Assembly (NCBI GenBank): GCA_907165135.1
Contig: OU015566.1
Span: 620,001 to 684,000, forward strand
Origin: Oikopleura dioica
Taxonomy: Eukaryota > Animalia > Chordata
Length of the DNA stretch: 64,000 nucleotides
Direction of reading: 5' to 3'
The notes under the pieces were generated by a model. It saw only the letters and a list, made by a program, of their open reading frames with translations, was not told the DNA's origin and made no database searches. Positions 9,453 to 23,019 of this stretch are shown here, one piece after another. Made by a program: the position numbers and the translations under genes. The first letter of the stretch is position 1. The number at the start of each line of letters is the position of its first letter.

Positions 9453-10850
9453 GTGGAATCACGTGACAGATGTCCAGAAGAAAAAGCGTTTTATTGTGAA
9501 AATAAAACTGTTTGTGGAGAATGGTTTTGCCCAGACGGAATAAAAGAATACTCAAGCTGCACGGTGGCGACAGATAACTCTGAAAATCATATTCATCGCA
9601 GGAAAAGGTTTGAGAAATTTTTTAATCGAACTTGATAGTCTATCACTTTGGAATCCTTATGTGATATTTCTTTGTTATCTAAAGGATACCCTTAAGGGTA
9701 CTATCTTCGATTTCCAGAAGGTGTCCGTTCAAAAGATTTATAAGAATCGGTTATTAGAGATGGATTCTTCATAAAATTTTATGATTTTACCTTATTGACT
9801 ATTATTCGAAATTATCAATACATCTTGAGATATGGCCCCTAGAAGTTTTTTCGAAAAAAAATTTTCAACTTCGATTTTCTTGATCAAGGGCTTGTTCGAA
9901 AGCTCAGAGCAAGAGCAGTATGTTAGTAGCTGTATCGATCGCCAAATCAAGATATTTTTGATTCTAGAGCCAAAAATGTGTCGCAAAATTTTAAAAAATG
10001 CTCAATTTTCGCAAAATCGGCGAGACGCAATTTTCAAAAAATTATTTTTGGCATTTTTAGTTTTTCAATGAAAAATTCCTTCTGTAATTTCAAAGATTAA
10101 GGTTCAAATTATATATAAAAAATATAATAAGGCCAAGTTATCAGACTTGTTTTTGAGTTATTCAACCGTTTATATAGGCCATTTTGGCGAAGATAACCAC
10201 TTCAAGCCAAAATTTAGCCGCGTTTCGGTCAAGTAATTAATAAACCCCTCTGTAATAGTTTAGATCTAGGACAGGTCTATTCAATAAGCCAATATGGACT
10301 CCGCAATCATTCACAAGTTCCGAGTTATTCAAGGCTCAAGTTGGGGAAATCGAAGATAGTACCCTTAAAGGAGGTCTAAAAAAAACGAAAAATATCATCC
10401 CATCTGGGGGCAATCGAGAAATATAAAAATAAGAAATGTCCATTTTGAACATTTTGGCCGATGGGGGTTAAACAAAATAATAAGCCTTGACAAGAATTTG
10501 CCACTGCCACTCTGATCTTGGGGCATTTAAAATCTTTACGGGCTGCAACTGGGTGATCGAAAAAAATATTCCTGTTTCCACGCCTGTTTTCACAACACAA
10601 ACAACAACGTCATCAATCTCCTCTTCATCAACAGCAAAAATATCAACAACAACAATAACAACTTCATCGAAAAACGAATATTTAAATATTACAGAATCTT
10701 ATGAGACGGAGCCTTTTGAGATGCTGCACGATTTTGACAGTCTAAAAAGAGAACAAAAAATTAAATTCGATGAGGAACTGGAAACAAAAGAGACGGAAAA
10801 ACCTCCGAAATTTCAATCTCAGTCCCATTTTGGCGCAAACAAACGTGAAA
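9453..10850 (+). CDS. Probable spliced gene fragments: Cys-rich exon(s) followed by a Thr/Ser-rich mucin-like stretch; function unknown
   Basis: ORFs 9453-9635 (CPEEKAFYC...CGEWFCP) and 10487+ (ICHCHSD...GCNW, TTTSSISSSS); boundaries uncertain. Confidence 0.3.
9696..10364. mobile_element. Non-autonomous TTAA-targeting DNA transposon (669 bp; Kolobok-like GG...CC ends)
   Basis: Perfect 20-bp TIR GGGTACTATCTTCGATTTCC; TTAA at 9692-9695 and 10365-10368. Confidence 0.85.
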
Positions 10851-11285
10851 ATCAGAAACAGTCAAAAACGAGAGCAAATTCTAATTTTAAAAATGTTATA
10901 ATTAAAGAAGGTAAAAAAGAGACTAAGAAAATATATTTTTTTATGGAAATCATGATTGAAGGTAAACTTGATGATAAATATAAACCTTGTTTTAGATGGA
11001 GTTTACGCTCACGGTTTTTATTTAATGCAAGAAATACAACGAATGATGTACGAAGAAGGTCTTTTTTCTCTGAATTTTTGATCATATTTAAAAATCAGAG
11101 ATTTCTGTTTTATAATTTTTGTTGTCGATAATAAATTTGTAAATCATATTGGAAAAAAATTTTTTGAAAAAAATCGAGTTTTTTGGTTGAAAAAAACCTC
11201 GAGCACCACCCACTTAAGTTTTTTTTCCTTTCAAAAATTATTCGTTTGAATACAGATAAGAGAGCGATGATTTCTATTTAATTTT

Positions 11286-13230
11286 TTATTGATATTGGTT
11301 CGGCATAAAAGTCACAAGAAGTTGGAAAACAAGGAGGACCAAACTGAAAATTGCCAGAGCTCCAGATCGTAGATAAACATACCAAGGAGCGAGGAGGAAA
11401 GATCCGTACTGATTCAGGTCGAACCAGGCCACAACTTAAAATAGATTTACCTCATTTGTGATGCCCGCATAAAACCTACGAAAAGCATAGTAGACGCCAG
11501 TTATACTGCCACCGATTCCGAGCAATTTGCCAGGGTTATTATAATAGACGCCGCATAAGACAGAACAGGCCAGGGCAAAAATCGACATAACAACACTCCA
11601 ACCATAGCCGGGAAAGGATCTCCTGAAAATCGCCGAAGACAGGATGCAGCGAAATGTTTGAAAATTCAGGCAAAAGCCGGCTATTCCTCGAAAAAAGATG
11701 AGAATGCAGGAGATCAAGTATTCTGGCTTGTCGAAGCTTAAATTTGTATACCCTTTTTGAAGGCGATTGTTGTCTTACTCGAAATGTTCGACAAAATTTT
11801 GATAGACACGGCTTTTGTCGCCTGGATAAGTTGCAATGAAGGTCAGTCCGATGATCAAATTGGTACTTTGGCAAAGCTAGCATAGTGTTAACCAGGTTTA
11901 AAAGGATTAAACCAATTTTTGGAAGTGGAATTTTGATAACCAATAAGATTGCTGTATTAAGCCTATCGGCCAATCAAAACCCTGATCCAAAAAATCACTT
12001 CCAAACTTTGGTTTTACCCGTTTTAATTCTAAGTTTCTTACAATTTGTGACAAAACAATGTCAGTTCTCGTGTGGTTCCTATTCTTGTTGTCCTTGAGCA
12101 CTGATCTAGAATCAATAAAATTGATCGAAAAAGGGGATTTCTTACAAAATATTGGGCATATAAGTGCAATTGTAAAAAATCGCCGGGAAGCAAGTATAAG
12201 TCCATTTTATCAAAGGATAGTATGATTGCTCGTTTTCATCAAAAAGATCGAAATATCCGAGTTTTCCCCAAACAGACGCTTTCCAGAAAAGAATAATCGA
12301 AATAATTATCGTGCTCGGGAGACCAAAAACGGTGGTGAGGCGGGTGAAAAAGACGGATGATTTCTTGTTGACGAGGAATATCAGTAGAATGCAATAAAAA
12401 GGAATGGTCCAGTTGAGATCCCAAGAAGGATGAAAGGTCTCTGGAACTTTGAATTGATCGTTTGAAATTCCGGCGGCAAAAGTCGAGTTGTCGTCTTCCA
12501 TAATCGTCACCATTCTTGTGTTCTTCGCCGAGTGAATCGTATAAGAGGATAGGACAAAATAATAAAGCGATCGGCAGATAAACAAATAAATCGAGCAAAT
12601 CGAAAAGAGCACCAAAATGCTTCCTACAATCACACAGACGATTCCAGCTGTTTTGCCGAATTTGTGTTCGACGATAAGAGAAAGCTCAGGAATTTCATTT
12701 TTTCCGATTGTCGGAATTTTACCAACGCATTTTTCGGCTTCACTAAAAATTGCCACTCTTAGTTTCGGGTCTTTATTCAGTCTCTGATAGTCGAATTTAG
12801 GCCTGAACCCTTTCCCAATGTACGAATACCCAACCACTTTCAAAATCGCCGCTAAAATGCAAGTCGCCACGGATCCATTTGACCAGCACCAGGGAAGTGT
12901 GAAAAAACTACTTCCCTGACCAGCGATGTAAAGAGAAATTGTCGTGACAAAATCTCCATTTTGAGCGACAGACTTGATTGCATCGAAGGAGAGGGCGGAT
13001 GAATGACGAATTTCGGAAATGATCCGCGTGGAGAGATTCCGAAAATGAGAAAAATAAGGGTCATCTTTTTTGGAAATTGATTTTTCAGTTGACTGTCTGC
13101 TGAAAACGCTGCTTGCTGAAATTACCCGAAATCAAAAATGAGATAAAAATCAAGTTTAACTGTCAGAAGGCGTTCGGGGCGATTCTTGATGCTGAAGAAT
13201 TTTCTTCTTTCTCTGAATTCTCTTATTCTT
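11286..13230 (-). CDS. SLC38A9: SLC38A9-like amino-acid transporter, tandem copy C (multi-exon; start uncertain)
   Basis: WDLNWTIPFYCILL, KSSVFFTRL, FPAIFY, YPGDKSRVYQNFVEHF and YGGITG-type motifs resemble the SLC38A9 transmembrane core; stop TAA at 11286. Confidence 0.75.
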
Positions 13231-13418
13231 TTTTTATCAAAATTATTCGTGATTAAAATTTTAGGATGCTTAGATTTTAAAAACTTGCCGAATCCATTTT
13301 TCTCTACTTCCTGTCTTGTTTAAATCAAAGCAATCATAAGTCTCAATTGAATTGATTGTTTTTTACGGAAAATGATAAAATTAGACATTAAAGATTTTAT
13401 CTTATGTTCATGTTTTCG

Positions 13419-15229
13419 CTAGTTTTTATCAGTTAAAATGATGATAAATTGCAGAACAAGAAGAATCACACTGAAAATAAACAGAGCTCCGGATCGCAAC
13501 CAAACGTACCAAGGAGAATCGGCATATTTTTCGGCTTGTTTCAGATCAAAAATTCCGATCACTAAAATTATTTAAAAAACATAGCGTCAAGAAGAAAACT
13601 TACATGAGGCAAAGTACAAGCCGCAGATGCTCCCGACAATACTCAAAACGGTGCCGGGTTTGTTGTAAAACATTGCGCAGAGAACGGAGAGTCCGATAAC
13701 GAAAACTGACAAGAAAATGCTGTATGCATATCCAGGAAAGACTTTCTTGAAAACAGCTCCAGAAATGAACGTCCGGCAAACTTGAAAGCACAAAGAATAA
13801 GAACCAACGAATCGAAAAATCATCAGCGCGAAGCAAACCAATGTTGCTTCTTTTGAGTCTCTTTAATTGAGGACAATTCTTGAGCTTCAAATTGTCCGTT
13901 TTTTTTTTCAGAAAAAATCCATGCCTAATATGCTCGACAAAGTTTTCGGAAACTTTGCTTCTATCGCCGGGAAAAGTCCAAACAAAAGTCAGGCCAATCA
14001 CGACGTTGAAAATTTGACAGAGCTTAAAATGTATGTCATTTAGTGTTTGCCGCCGGGAACTTACAATTTGAGAAATGAAAATATCCTTCTTCGTGTGTCC
14101 TCGATTCTTGTTGTCTTTGATAACCGCCCTAAAATTATATTATCCGTCATTTTGCTCTATTAAAAAAACTTACATGAGCAGGGGCATATAACTAAAAGTA
14201 TAAAAAATCGCGGGAAAGCAGGTCAAATCGCCACTGATGACTGGATAGGGAGGAATCTTCTGATTTATTTCTTTCCACTCGGAGGCTTTCCAAAAAAGAA
14301 TAATGGAGATGATGATTGTGCTTGGAAGTCCAAAAATAGCTGCTATTCTGGAGAAGAAAATTGACGATTTTACGTTGACGATGAAAATGATGACGACCAA
14401 GAATAGCGGAATGGTGCCAGTGAGACTCCAGTAAGAAGAGAAAGATTCTTCGACAGAGAAATTTTGGGATATATTTCTGAAGAATCAAAAAAAGTCATTT
14501 CCTCGTTAACCTTACTGTAATTCATTTTCATGAGCAATCTCGTAGCATCCTAGGCCAAACCAATATAGAGAATTGGATAAGTTGATATAACTTGCGAGCA
14601 AAGCACCAAAAACTTGCAGAAATGCGAAAATCAAGCAAACAAGTCCCCAGTTGCGACCAAATTTATAATCGACGATCATTGACAGTTCTGGTAACTCGTC
14701 TTTTTCAAGCGTGGGGATCAAGCCGACGCATTTTTCGCTCTCGGAAAATATCGTGATTCCGATGTAGGTGTAGCCGAAGACTTTGATGATCGCTGTCAAG
14801 AGACAGGTAAGGATGGAGCCATTGGCCTTTTTATGAGTTTTCATGATGAAAAGTTTTTTAAGAGAATTTTCTTAAAAACTCGTTTCCACATCCAAGGAAT
14901 GGCGAAAAATCCATTTGCTTGGCCTGCAACAAAGAGCGAAACCACCGTCGTGAAGTCACCATTTTTCGCAACTTTTTTAAGCGACTGTAAAGAAGCAACA
15001 GAAGCATCTCGGATCGAGGAAATAATTCGGGTCGAGAGAGTCCGGAATCTAGAGGGCTCTTGAGTTGCATCAGTGGATTCCGTTGTGGATCTTTTTGTGA
15101 ACACGCTGTCGGCTAAATTAGGCCATGACTATTATCTGTAGTTCAAAAAGCCAAAAAATTCCCTTCTACAATGTTTTTACCTTCAGATGTATTCCGAAAG
15201 CTCAGAATTTTGTCTTCTAGCATTTTCAT
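13419..15229 (-). CDS. SLC38A9: SLC38A9-like transporter, tandem copy B
   Basis: GQANGFFAIPW, ELPELSMIVDYKFG, FPGDRSKVSENFVEH, SPWYVWLRSG; stop at 13419. Confidence 0.75.
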
Positions 15230-15513
15230 ATCAAATGCGCGGTCACAAAAATCTCTTTTTTTCTCTTAGTCAATAAGTATTTTTCGTCATTTCCGCCCTC
15301 CAAGAAACAGAATGTTACCATGATGGGCTTTTGGGTGCTTGTAGTGGTGCTTGTCATCAGTAAAGCACCACGGAAAGTGCCTAAAAGAACCAAAAATCCA
15401 TCTAAATTGTATCAAGATTATTTTTGTAAGAATCGCTATTTTCTCAGGAATTTTGACGTTCGAAGCAAATTGTTTGATTTCATTTACCATGTTTTTTATT
15501 AAGCAATTAACAA

Positions 15514-17217
15514 TTAATCAATTGCAGAAAAAGTAACAATGAATTGAAGAATGATGAAAATAACGCTGAGAACAACAAGGACTCCGGATCGAAGTAAAAC
15601 ATACCATGGTGATTTTTTGAATGAATCTTCTTTTCTCGCGTCAAAAACAGCAACCACTAAAACAGTCAAGCATTTTTCTTTTAAAGTTCTCACTTGAGCA
15701 AAAATACAAGCCAGTGATACTGCCAACGAGACTGAGAACACTTCCAGGCTTATTATTAAAAACTGCGCAAACAACCGAAAGTCCAATAACAACCATCGAC
15801 AGCAAAATGCTGTAACCATATCCAGGAAAGATTTTTCTGAAAAAAGCGCCAGAAAGAAATGTTCGAAACGCATGAAAATTCATCGAATAAGCTCCAATGA
15901 ATCGAAGAAACATCAAACCAAAGCAAAGAATTGTTGCGACTTTTGAGTCGCGGAAATTTTCGACAAAGTTTTGAGAGATTTCGCTTTTATCGCCCGGAAA
16001 CGTGAGGAGAAATGTCAAGCCGACGATAATGTTGAGACTTTGACTCAGCTAGAATTCGTAAGTAAGCTATTTTTTGCTTGTATCTTACAATTTGAGATAT
16101 AACAATGTCTCTTCTGGTGTGTTTTCTGTTTTCAACGTCCTTGAGAATTGACCTAAAAATGAAATTTATAATGAGAGAATATTTTGGCTGAAATTTCAAA
16201 CTTACATGAGCAAAGGCATGAATGAAGAAACATAAAATGCTGCAGGCCAACAAGTCAGAGCGTCACTGAAAATCGGATACGGCTGAGTTTTCGAGTCGTT
16301 TTGAGACGCCCAAGGTGAGGCCTTCCAAAAAAGAACACAACATATGATCAAGGTGCTTGGCAAACCAACAGCAGCTACCAGTCTGGAGAAGAATACTGAA
16401 GATTTTACGTTCATGAAGAAAATGATCAGGATCAAGAAAAGAGGGACTGTGCCAGTAAGGGTCCAGTGGTTCGAGAAAGAAGAATCAGTCGTGAATGCCG
16501 TTGTTTTTATCAAGTTTGTTGTAATATTTTCGGAGCTCTCCAAGTACTTGCTAATCAAAGGTCGATTTCAATTTATAAATTTGATTATTTTTACCTTTCT
16601 TGGGAAATCTCGAAGCAACCGAGAATAAAATAATAAAGAGAAAAAGACAAATTGATATAACTCGTCAAAATCGTCCCGAAAACATGCAAAGCTGAAAAAG
16701 CGACGCAAAGCAAGCCCCACTTTCTTCCATATTTGTAATCAATTATGAATGAAATATCAGGCAGCTCATCTTTTCCAAGACTTGGAATCAAGCCGACATG
16801 TCTCTCGCTCATCTCAAAAACAGTAATTCCAATAAACGAATATGCAAAAATCGTCAAAAAAGCAAGCAAAAGACACGGCACCAGCGATCCGTTCGCCCAG
16901 ACCCAAGGAATCGTAAAGAATCCATTCCCCTGCCCGGCTGTGACAAGAGAGACGATGGTGATGAAATCGCCATTTCTGGCGACTCTTTTGATTGATTCGA
17001 TCGATTGCTGGGAAACACGTCGGATGGATGAGAGGATTTGAGTTGAAACATTTCGGCTTTTTCGAGTCCTTGGAGCGTTTCTTGTAGATAGGGTTCCAGA
17101 TCTCTCTGTAAAAACACTTTCAGCTAAAAACGGACGGATTTTTCGACAAATTTGAAGATCTTTATTTGTACCTTCTGAAGCGTTTCTCGAAACAGGGTGA
17201 TTTTTGTCTCTTTCCAT
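15514..17217 (-). CDS. SLC38A9: SLC38A9-like transporter, tandem copy A
   Basis: GQGNGFFTIPWVWANG, DYKYGRKWG, ENRKHTRRDIV, FPGDKSEISQNFVENF, KIFPGYGY. Confidence 0.78.
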
Positions 17218-17596
17218 GAGCTATCTTACTTTGTTCGATTTTTTTTTTCACTAAATCAAAAATTCTACTTTGGCGTAGTCGAAAAATTCATTTCCGCTTT
17301 AAGTTTTGTTACAAATATATTTGAGTTAATATCGAGTCAAAACAACTTTGCACAACGAATTCACTTGCATATCAATTTTCGATTTTTTTTTTAATTTTCT
17401 TCTTTTGATATTATATCTATGATATAAAAAACGATTACTCTTTTTAAGGTTTGATGAGGAGGTTATTCTTTTTATTGAAGAAATTTGCATATTCTTTTAT
17501 TTTCTTTATCTCCTTTCAGTCAAACCTTGTGTCTAAGTTGTGAACAATGAAAGCGAAAACTTATTGGGAAAGGTTTTTATTTTAATTTTCGACGAT

Positions 17597-19324
17597 TCAG
17601 AATAGTTTTGGCGTTGCATCTTTGACGACATCCACCAATCTGTCGAGATCTGATTTGTTTGTGTAGCAATTGACACTTATTCGCATCCACATATCACTGA
17701 AAAGACAGATAGAGATCATTATTCATTTCCTTATTTTCGTACCCGTTCGTCGTAGTAACTGCAACGACCAAATTATAGTTCGCCAATAATTGAAGAATTA
17801 TTCTGTCGGTAATCGCAATTCCTTTCAGTCTTAAAAAACCCACGTTTGAGAAAAACAAAAGAGAAATTTTTTTCGATTAAATCACAAATCAAGAATTTTC
17901 TTCATTCCCTCAACCAGTTTATCCATATCACCAAAGGAATTATAGCAATTAACAGAAATTCGAAGATAGTTATCACCGTTAAAAGCCTTGATCTTCGCCG
18001 CAACTCTTTTTTCAAACATTATTTCTTTGAATAATGTTTCGGCTGAATCAGTGCTAGAATAAGCTTTTGTATTGAAAAGTGAGTTGCTTTTTTCTTACTC
18101 TGGATATCGATCTGTCCGCGGGAGTTTGACGATTTTCATAAAAGGAGCTTCCATCGAAGCAGGAACTGGGTACATTGAGCAGCCAGCTTCTTCACAAAGC
18201 CGTTTTCTCCCGTATTCGAAGAGTTCGGCGGCGTGGGCGTGGAGGTTTTCAAAGCCAAGGTCTTCAAGAATATAGGGACTTTCGATCAATGATTTCGAAC
18301 CTGAATGATATTTGAGCGAAACTGGAATCGTAAAGAAATTGGAGTAGTCGTCAGTTCCTTGCTGAAAAAACTTCTCATGGAGGGTTCCTTTGTACAGATG
18401 ACTCGTTGTCAGCGGCTCGAGAATCGAATGAAACTTCGGGTCAGCCCAGAGAATCGCCGCTCCGCGAGGGGTGTATGCCCATTTGTGAAGATTTCCGACA
18501 TAGAAATCGGCGCCAAGCGTGTCCAGGTGGAGGTCGATTTGACCTGGCGCATGAGCGCCGTCGATAATGACGATGATGTTTCGCTTTTTGCACTCAGCTA
18601 AAAATAATAAACGATAAAAATCGCCATTGAACGAACCAATAAGACGCTGAATCGGAAAAACCAGCGCGGAAGCCGAAGAAATATGATCAATAATCGCCAA
18701 ATCCAAGTCTTCATTCGCATCCATCACCTCCGTAAACGCCTTTACCACCTCATCTTCTGATTCAATCGGTATGTTAACCTCAACTTCCGCAACTTCGCAG
18801 CCCCATCTCGTCCGATGCAAATCGGTCATATTTCGCATGGCATTGTAAGTGTGACTGTTGATGAGAATTTTCTTGGTTTTTGGAAAGCAGTTGACGATGG
18901 TGTTGACTCCCTGGGTGGTGTTTTTGACGAGAACGAGGTTTTCTACTGATGAATGGACGAAATCAGCAGCGCATTTGCACGCTTCCTGTTTCGTGGCTAC
19001 ACAAAAAATACAGAGAAATTGACAGTAGCTCGTCTTGGGAAGAAAGTTTAGCCCGATCCTTGTAATACTCGAGCGCGTTGTTTCGAAAATGATCATCTGG
19101 AAATCTTTCAGCTTCATCAAGCAACTCTTTTTTTCTGTCCAAAACAACCTGAAATACAAAGAAAAGACAATAACTTTAAAAATTTTGAATGAAAAGAATC
19201 GTCTTCTTATAATTTAACGTCTCTTTTTTACCTTGGGAACAGCTCCATAACTCCCATGATTGAGAAAAGTATTCTTGTCGAAATCAAGCAGGAAATCCTC
19301 TCTATAATCTTTTGAAAACACCAT
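17597..19324 (-). CDS. Class-V PLP-dependent C-S lyase (Egt2 / L-cysteine desulfhydrase / isopenicillin-N-epimerase-like)
   Basis: Exon 1 MVFSKDY...TFLNHGSYGAVPK; DGAHAPGQ; GNLHKW (PLP lysine); last exon WMRISVNCYTNKSDLDRL. Confidence 0.85.
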
Positions 19325-21365
19325 TTTGGAAGAAAAAATGAAGTAATGGGTGTGTCAGTTGGATAAGCTGACAAAGGGAAATGAGCTTTGCAAATTCTGT
19401 TTACACAAGGTGTCAACTGGCTCCGGGCATAAAAATTTTCCCAAAGCAGTTGAAGATCTAGAGATTCAAAGCTTCGTTAAAATTAAATAGTTTATATACA
19501 AAAGATTGAATTTGAATAAAACATGAATTTGTCATGGACCATGACTCATGGTAGTTCAGTGGCTCCTCATAGTTCTTCAATAGTCGAATCTTCTGATCAT
19601 TCTTTATGTCATCTGAGATTTGACGTCTTTGTTCTTTGAAACTGCACCTTTTGAAATTTCTTATCTTTATTTATCATTTTCAGATTACTTGTGAACAAAG
19701 AACAAAGAAAATTTAATATAATAATCATAGATTCAGATAAGTTTTCAGGAGACGTTCTTCCATTCGACCCGTGATTCGTTGGCACACGTTGATAAGGCGG
19801 TATCGAAGTCGTCTCATCTCACAGCCATCGAGAATCCCGAGCTGAAAGACAATTAAATCGTATCTTTTGTTAATATTGTCCCTAAACCGGCAATTGTTTC
19901 TTGTATCTGCCATTTTCGCAAAAATATCTCATCAAAAAAGTCGTGTCGGAAGCAGCCACGGTGGCCAAAAATAAACCTAGAACGTTTCTTTTCTGTCTTC
20001 CTCTACGCCCATTTGAAATTGGGTTTATTGACATTTTCTTATTTCATAAAATCTATTTACATAAACCATCGCATTTTCCATTTTTGTTGATTCTTCTGAT
20101 TCAATACACAATCAATAATCCGCGAAACGCCTCATTGTTGCTTTCACTAGAGATTTGAGAGATTCTAGAGCCACAGCCGTCTGGGCCTCTTTTTTCGACC
20201 CTCCTTTTTCATTATAAACAAAGGAATTTGCAAGCCATTGTGAATTTAGCTCTATTCTGATAATCAGACCACCTGTAAGCAGAGCTGATTAGATGCAGCG
20301 CAATTATCACCATGAACCTTTCTTTCTCATTTTCCCAAAAAGCAGAGACTCGAAATACTCAATTTTCAGACCAAAAGGTGGATGGGAAAACAATATGTCT
20401 AGGGTCTACATTGGGGGAAATAAACTCATCCATTTTATTTGTTGATAATTACGAGCAATCAAATCAACGGGTGGTCTAGGAGGTGGTCGCGAGGGCTTGA
20501 TATCATAAATTTTGAGCCGGAAAGATTAGCGTTTTCACAGACTTTGAAAAAATTTATGAAATCGATAAGTGAGGAGTTTTAATTCACAAAAAAAAATTAA
20601 TTTAAAACTTATTTTCGAATTTATTTCTTGATGAAATACTGCAATGACGCCCTTAACTCATTTATGAAAAGGTTTATTTTTGAACTTTGATATTTGCTCC
20701 AATTTTCTTCAAAACTTGCTTCAAAGGAGAGTTACTTTTGATTGTCAATTGAACTTTTTTCTCTGAATTATCAATAAAATTTTATATCCAATAAACATAT
20801 AAAAACTTATCCTGGTCAACAACTTTGGTGAAGATAAAAGTAGTTCAAGAGCAAGTTCGAATGTTTCATGATTCGACTGATTTCGCCAAAATCTATCATC
20901 CTCCGACGTAGACAAATTGTTTTCCCCACCAGAGACGGTATCTACCCGGCTCGCCAAAGCGAGTAGACCACCCTTAAATGGGGGCGTCACTACTTTTTAA
21001 TATCTACAATAATTTTTTTTGGTCACTTTCGAAATTTGGTAGAAGAGATTTTTTTTCTAGAGCTTGAGAAACAACTATTAAATTTGATTGAAATTCTCCT
21101 CAGATTTTACCGTCTGCATATTTGTACAAGGCAAACAACGATTAAGAGTTTCCACATCCGACCAATTCGACCTGACCAGCGGCACTGTAATTCCTCAGTT
21201 CTAGAGACAACTCCCATAGACTCTCATGATAACGAGGTCGAAAAAATGAAAGAAGAGAAAAATAAATTGTGAATAAGGATGGTCTTAAAATTTCGTACAC
21301 GCTCGAAATTTTCGAGTCGAAAATCGCTCCAAAATCTTCAAAAATCCAAATTTTTTCAGAGAAAA

Positions 21366-23019
21366 ATGCGTTTGTCGACAGCGATTCTAGCTTCGATCCC
21401 CCTCTGTTCCTCCGACCGCATCCCCAGATCTGCTGGTTCCTGGGGTTATGCAGGTATCCAACCCCCTTTAAACCCGGCCCAATCCGATTCTAGAGCAGGG
21501 AAACGAGTGGGGCGATTCCGTTGCCGCCTGCAATGGAGTTCGACAATCCCCGATCGACATTCCAAAGAAAGTCTCTACCGCTGAGTTTCAGCCGTTTGAA
21601 TTGACGAATTTCGATGAAGAGCAAAAATGGACTCTGGTGAATAACGGCCATGCCGTCCAAATGACTGCTTCAGAGCCTTTGTAAGTACTTCGAAGAATAT
21701 TTACTTTTCTCAAATCGATAAAAACGATTCTTTTCAGAAACATGAAGACAAACGGCGGAGCTCTTCCAGGAGAATACACCCTTGCTCAGTTTCATTTCCA
21801 CTGGGGCTCATCGGACCATGGTGGTTCGGAACACACGCTCGAGGGGGAACAGTTCTTCTCAGAAGTTCACTTGGTTCACTTCAAATCAGAATATGGAACG
21901 ATCGGAGACTCTGTGGACAAATCCGATGGGCTGGCGGTTCTCGGCTTTTTCATTGAAGAGGATGTTACCGCAGAGGTAGATTATCTTAAAAATGAGGGAA
22001 TTATGCAATTAAGGATACACCCCTCGATAATTTCTTCCTAAACATGGTCGGCCAGGCGGTTCAAGATCCAAAGAAGACTTCTGAAATTCAATTCTCCATG
22101 TCTGAAATTCTTCCCTCAACTCTTGACAACTTCTACAGGTACATTTTGAGATCCTCATTTAACGAAGGGATACCCTTAGTAAATGCCGAAAAAGTTCGAA
22201 TTTGACTTTTCCGGTCCCAAAGTTATGATTTTGTCACCTTCGTTGAAATTCAATAGATCTCGCGGTTTTTTCGCCGCATTTACGGTCTTTGGAGGGGAAA
22301 ATATACCAACTTGTTAATCTTTTTCTCACGATCACGTGATTTTCAGATATCTTGGAAGTCTGACTACTCCCACCTGCAATGAAGCAGTAGTCTGGACGAA
22401 TTTCAAAGAGCCCCTGAAAATCTCGACAAAGACGAAAGAGTTTATGACTCAATTCGCCAAGGTTTATAAATATCAAAATATATCAACTCATCAATGAAAA
22501 TATTTGCCACAGTCGTTGAAACGCTGAATCAGGACGATCACGGCGCAGAATTGGTGAAAAATTTCCGAAACGTTCAACCTCTTAATGGTCGAGAAGTCAC
22601 TTTCTTTTCCTCGATGGAGAAAATCGTTGCGCCAATGGAACCGGAAATCAAAAGCGGTGGAGAAGAACCAGCTGCGGAGGGAGAAGAGCCAAGTAAGGGC
22701 AAAAAATGGGATGGTGTCCGGAACCGACAAAAATTTCGACAAATTTTGCGTGGGCGGCTACTCAGCTGCCGATTTGCCGGTTTGCCGAATCCAAGCTTCT
22801 TATTGGTTGAAAATTTCCACGCAAAATTTGTCGAATTTTTTTGTTGGTTCCAGACACCTCCTCAAAAAATAGGCTTTTTCGCGATTTTTATTTTCAGAAC
22901 CAATGTGGGCTTGGATCGTTATTGGAGTCAGCTCTGTAGTGTTTCTCGCCGTTGGGGGACTTGTGCTGAAAAAGTGCAAAGATCGAAATAGCGAAGGATA
23001 TGAAGCCGGACAAAACTGA
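21366..23019 (+). CDS. Alpha-carbonic anhydrase, type-I membrane form (signal peptide, CA domain, transmembrane helix, short tail)
   Basis: [64 protein letters not shown]; last exon [21 protein letters not shown]. Confidence 0.93.
22708..22863. mobile_element. MITE family A, copy 2 (in the carbonic anhydrase last intron)
   Basis: ggtgtccggaaccgacaaaaa...ggttccagacacc. Confidence 0.8.

Noticed and set aside
19500-21270. Short ORFs between the lyase and carbonic anhydrase
   Set aside because: No motifs or convincing splice structure; left unannotated
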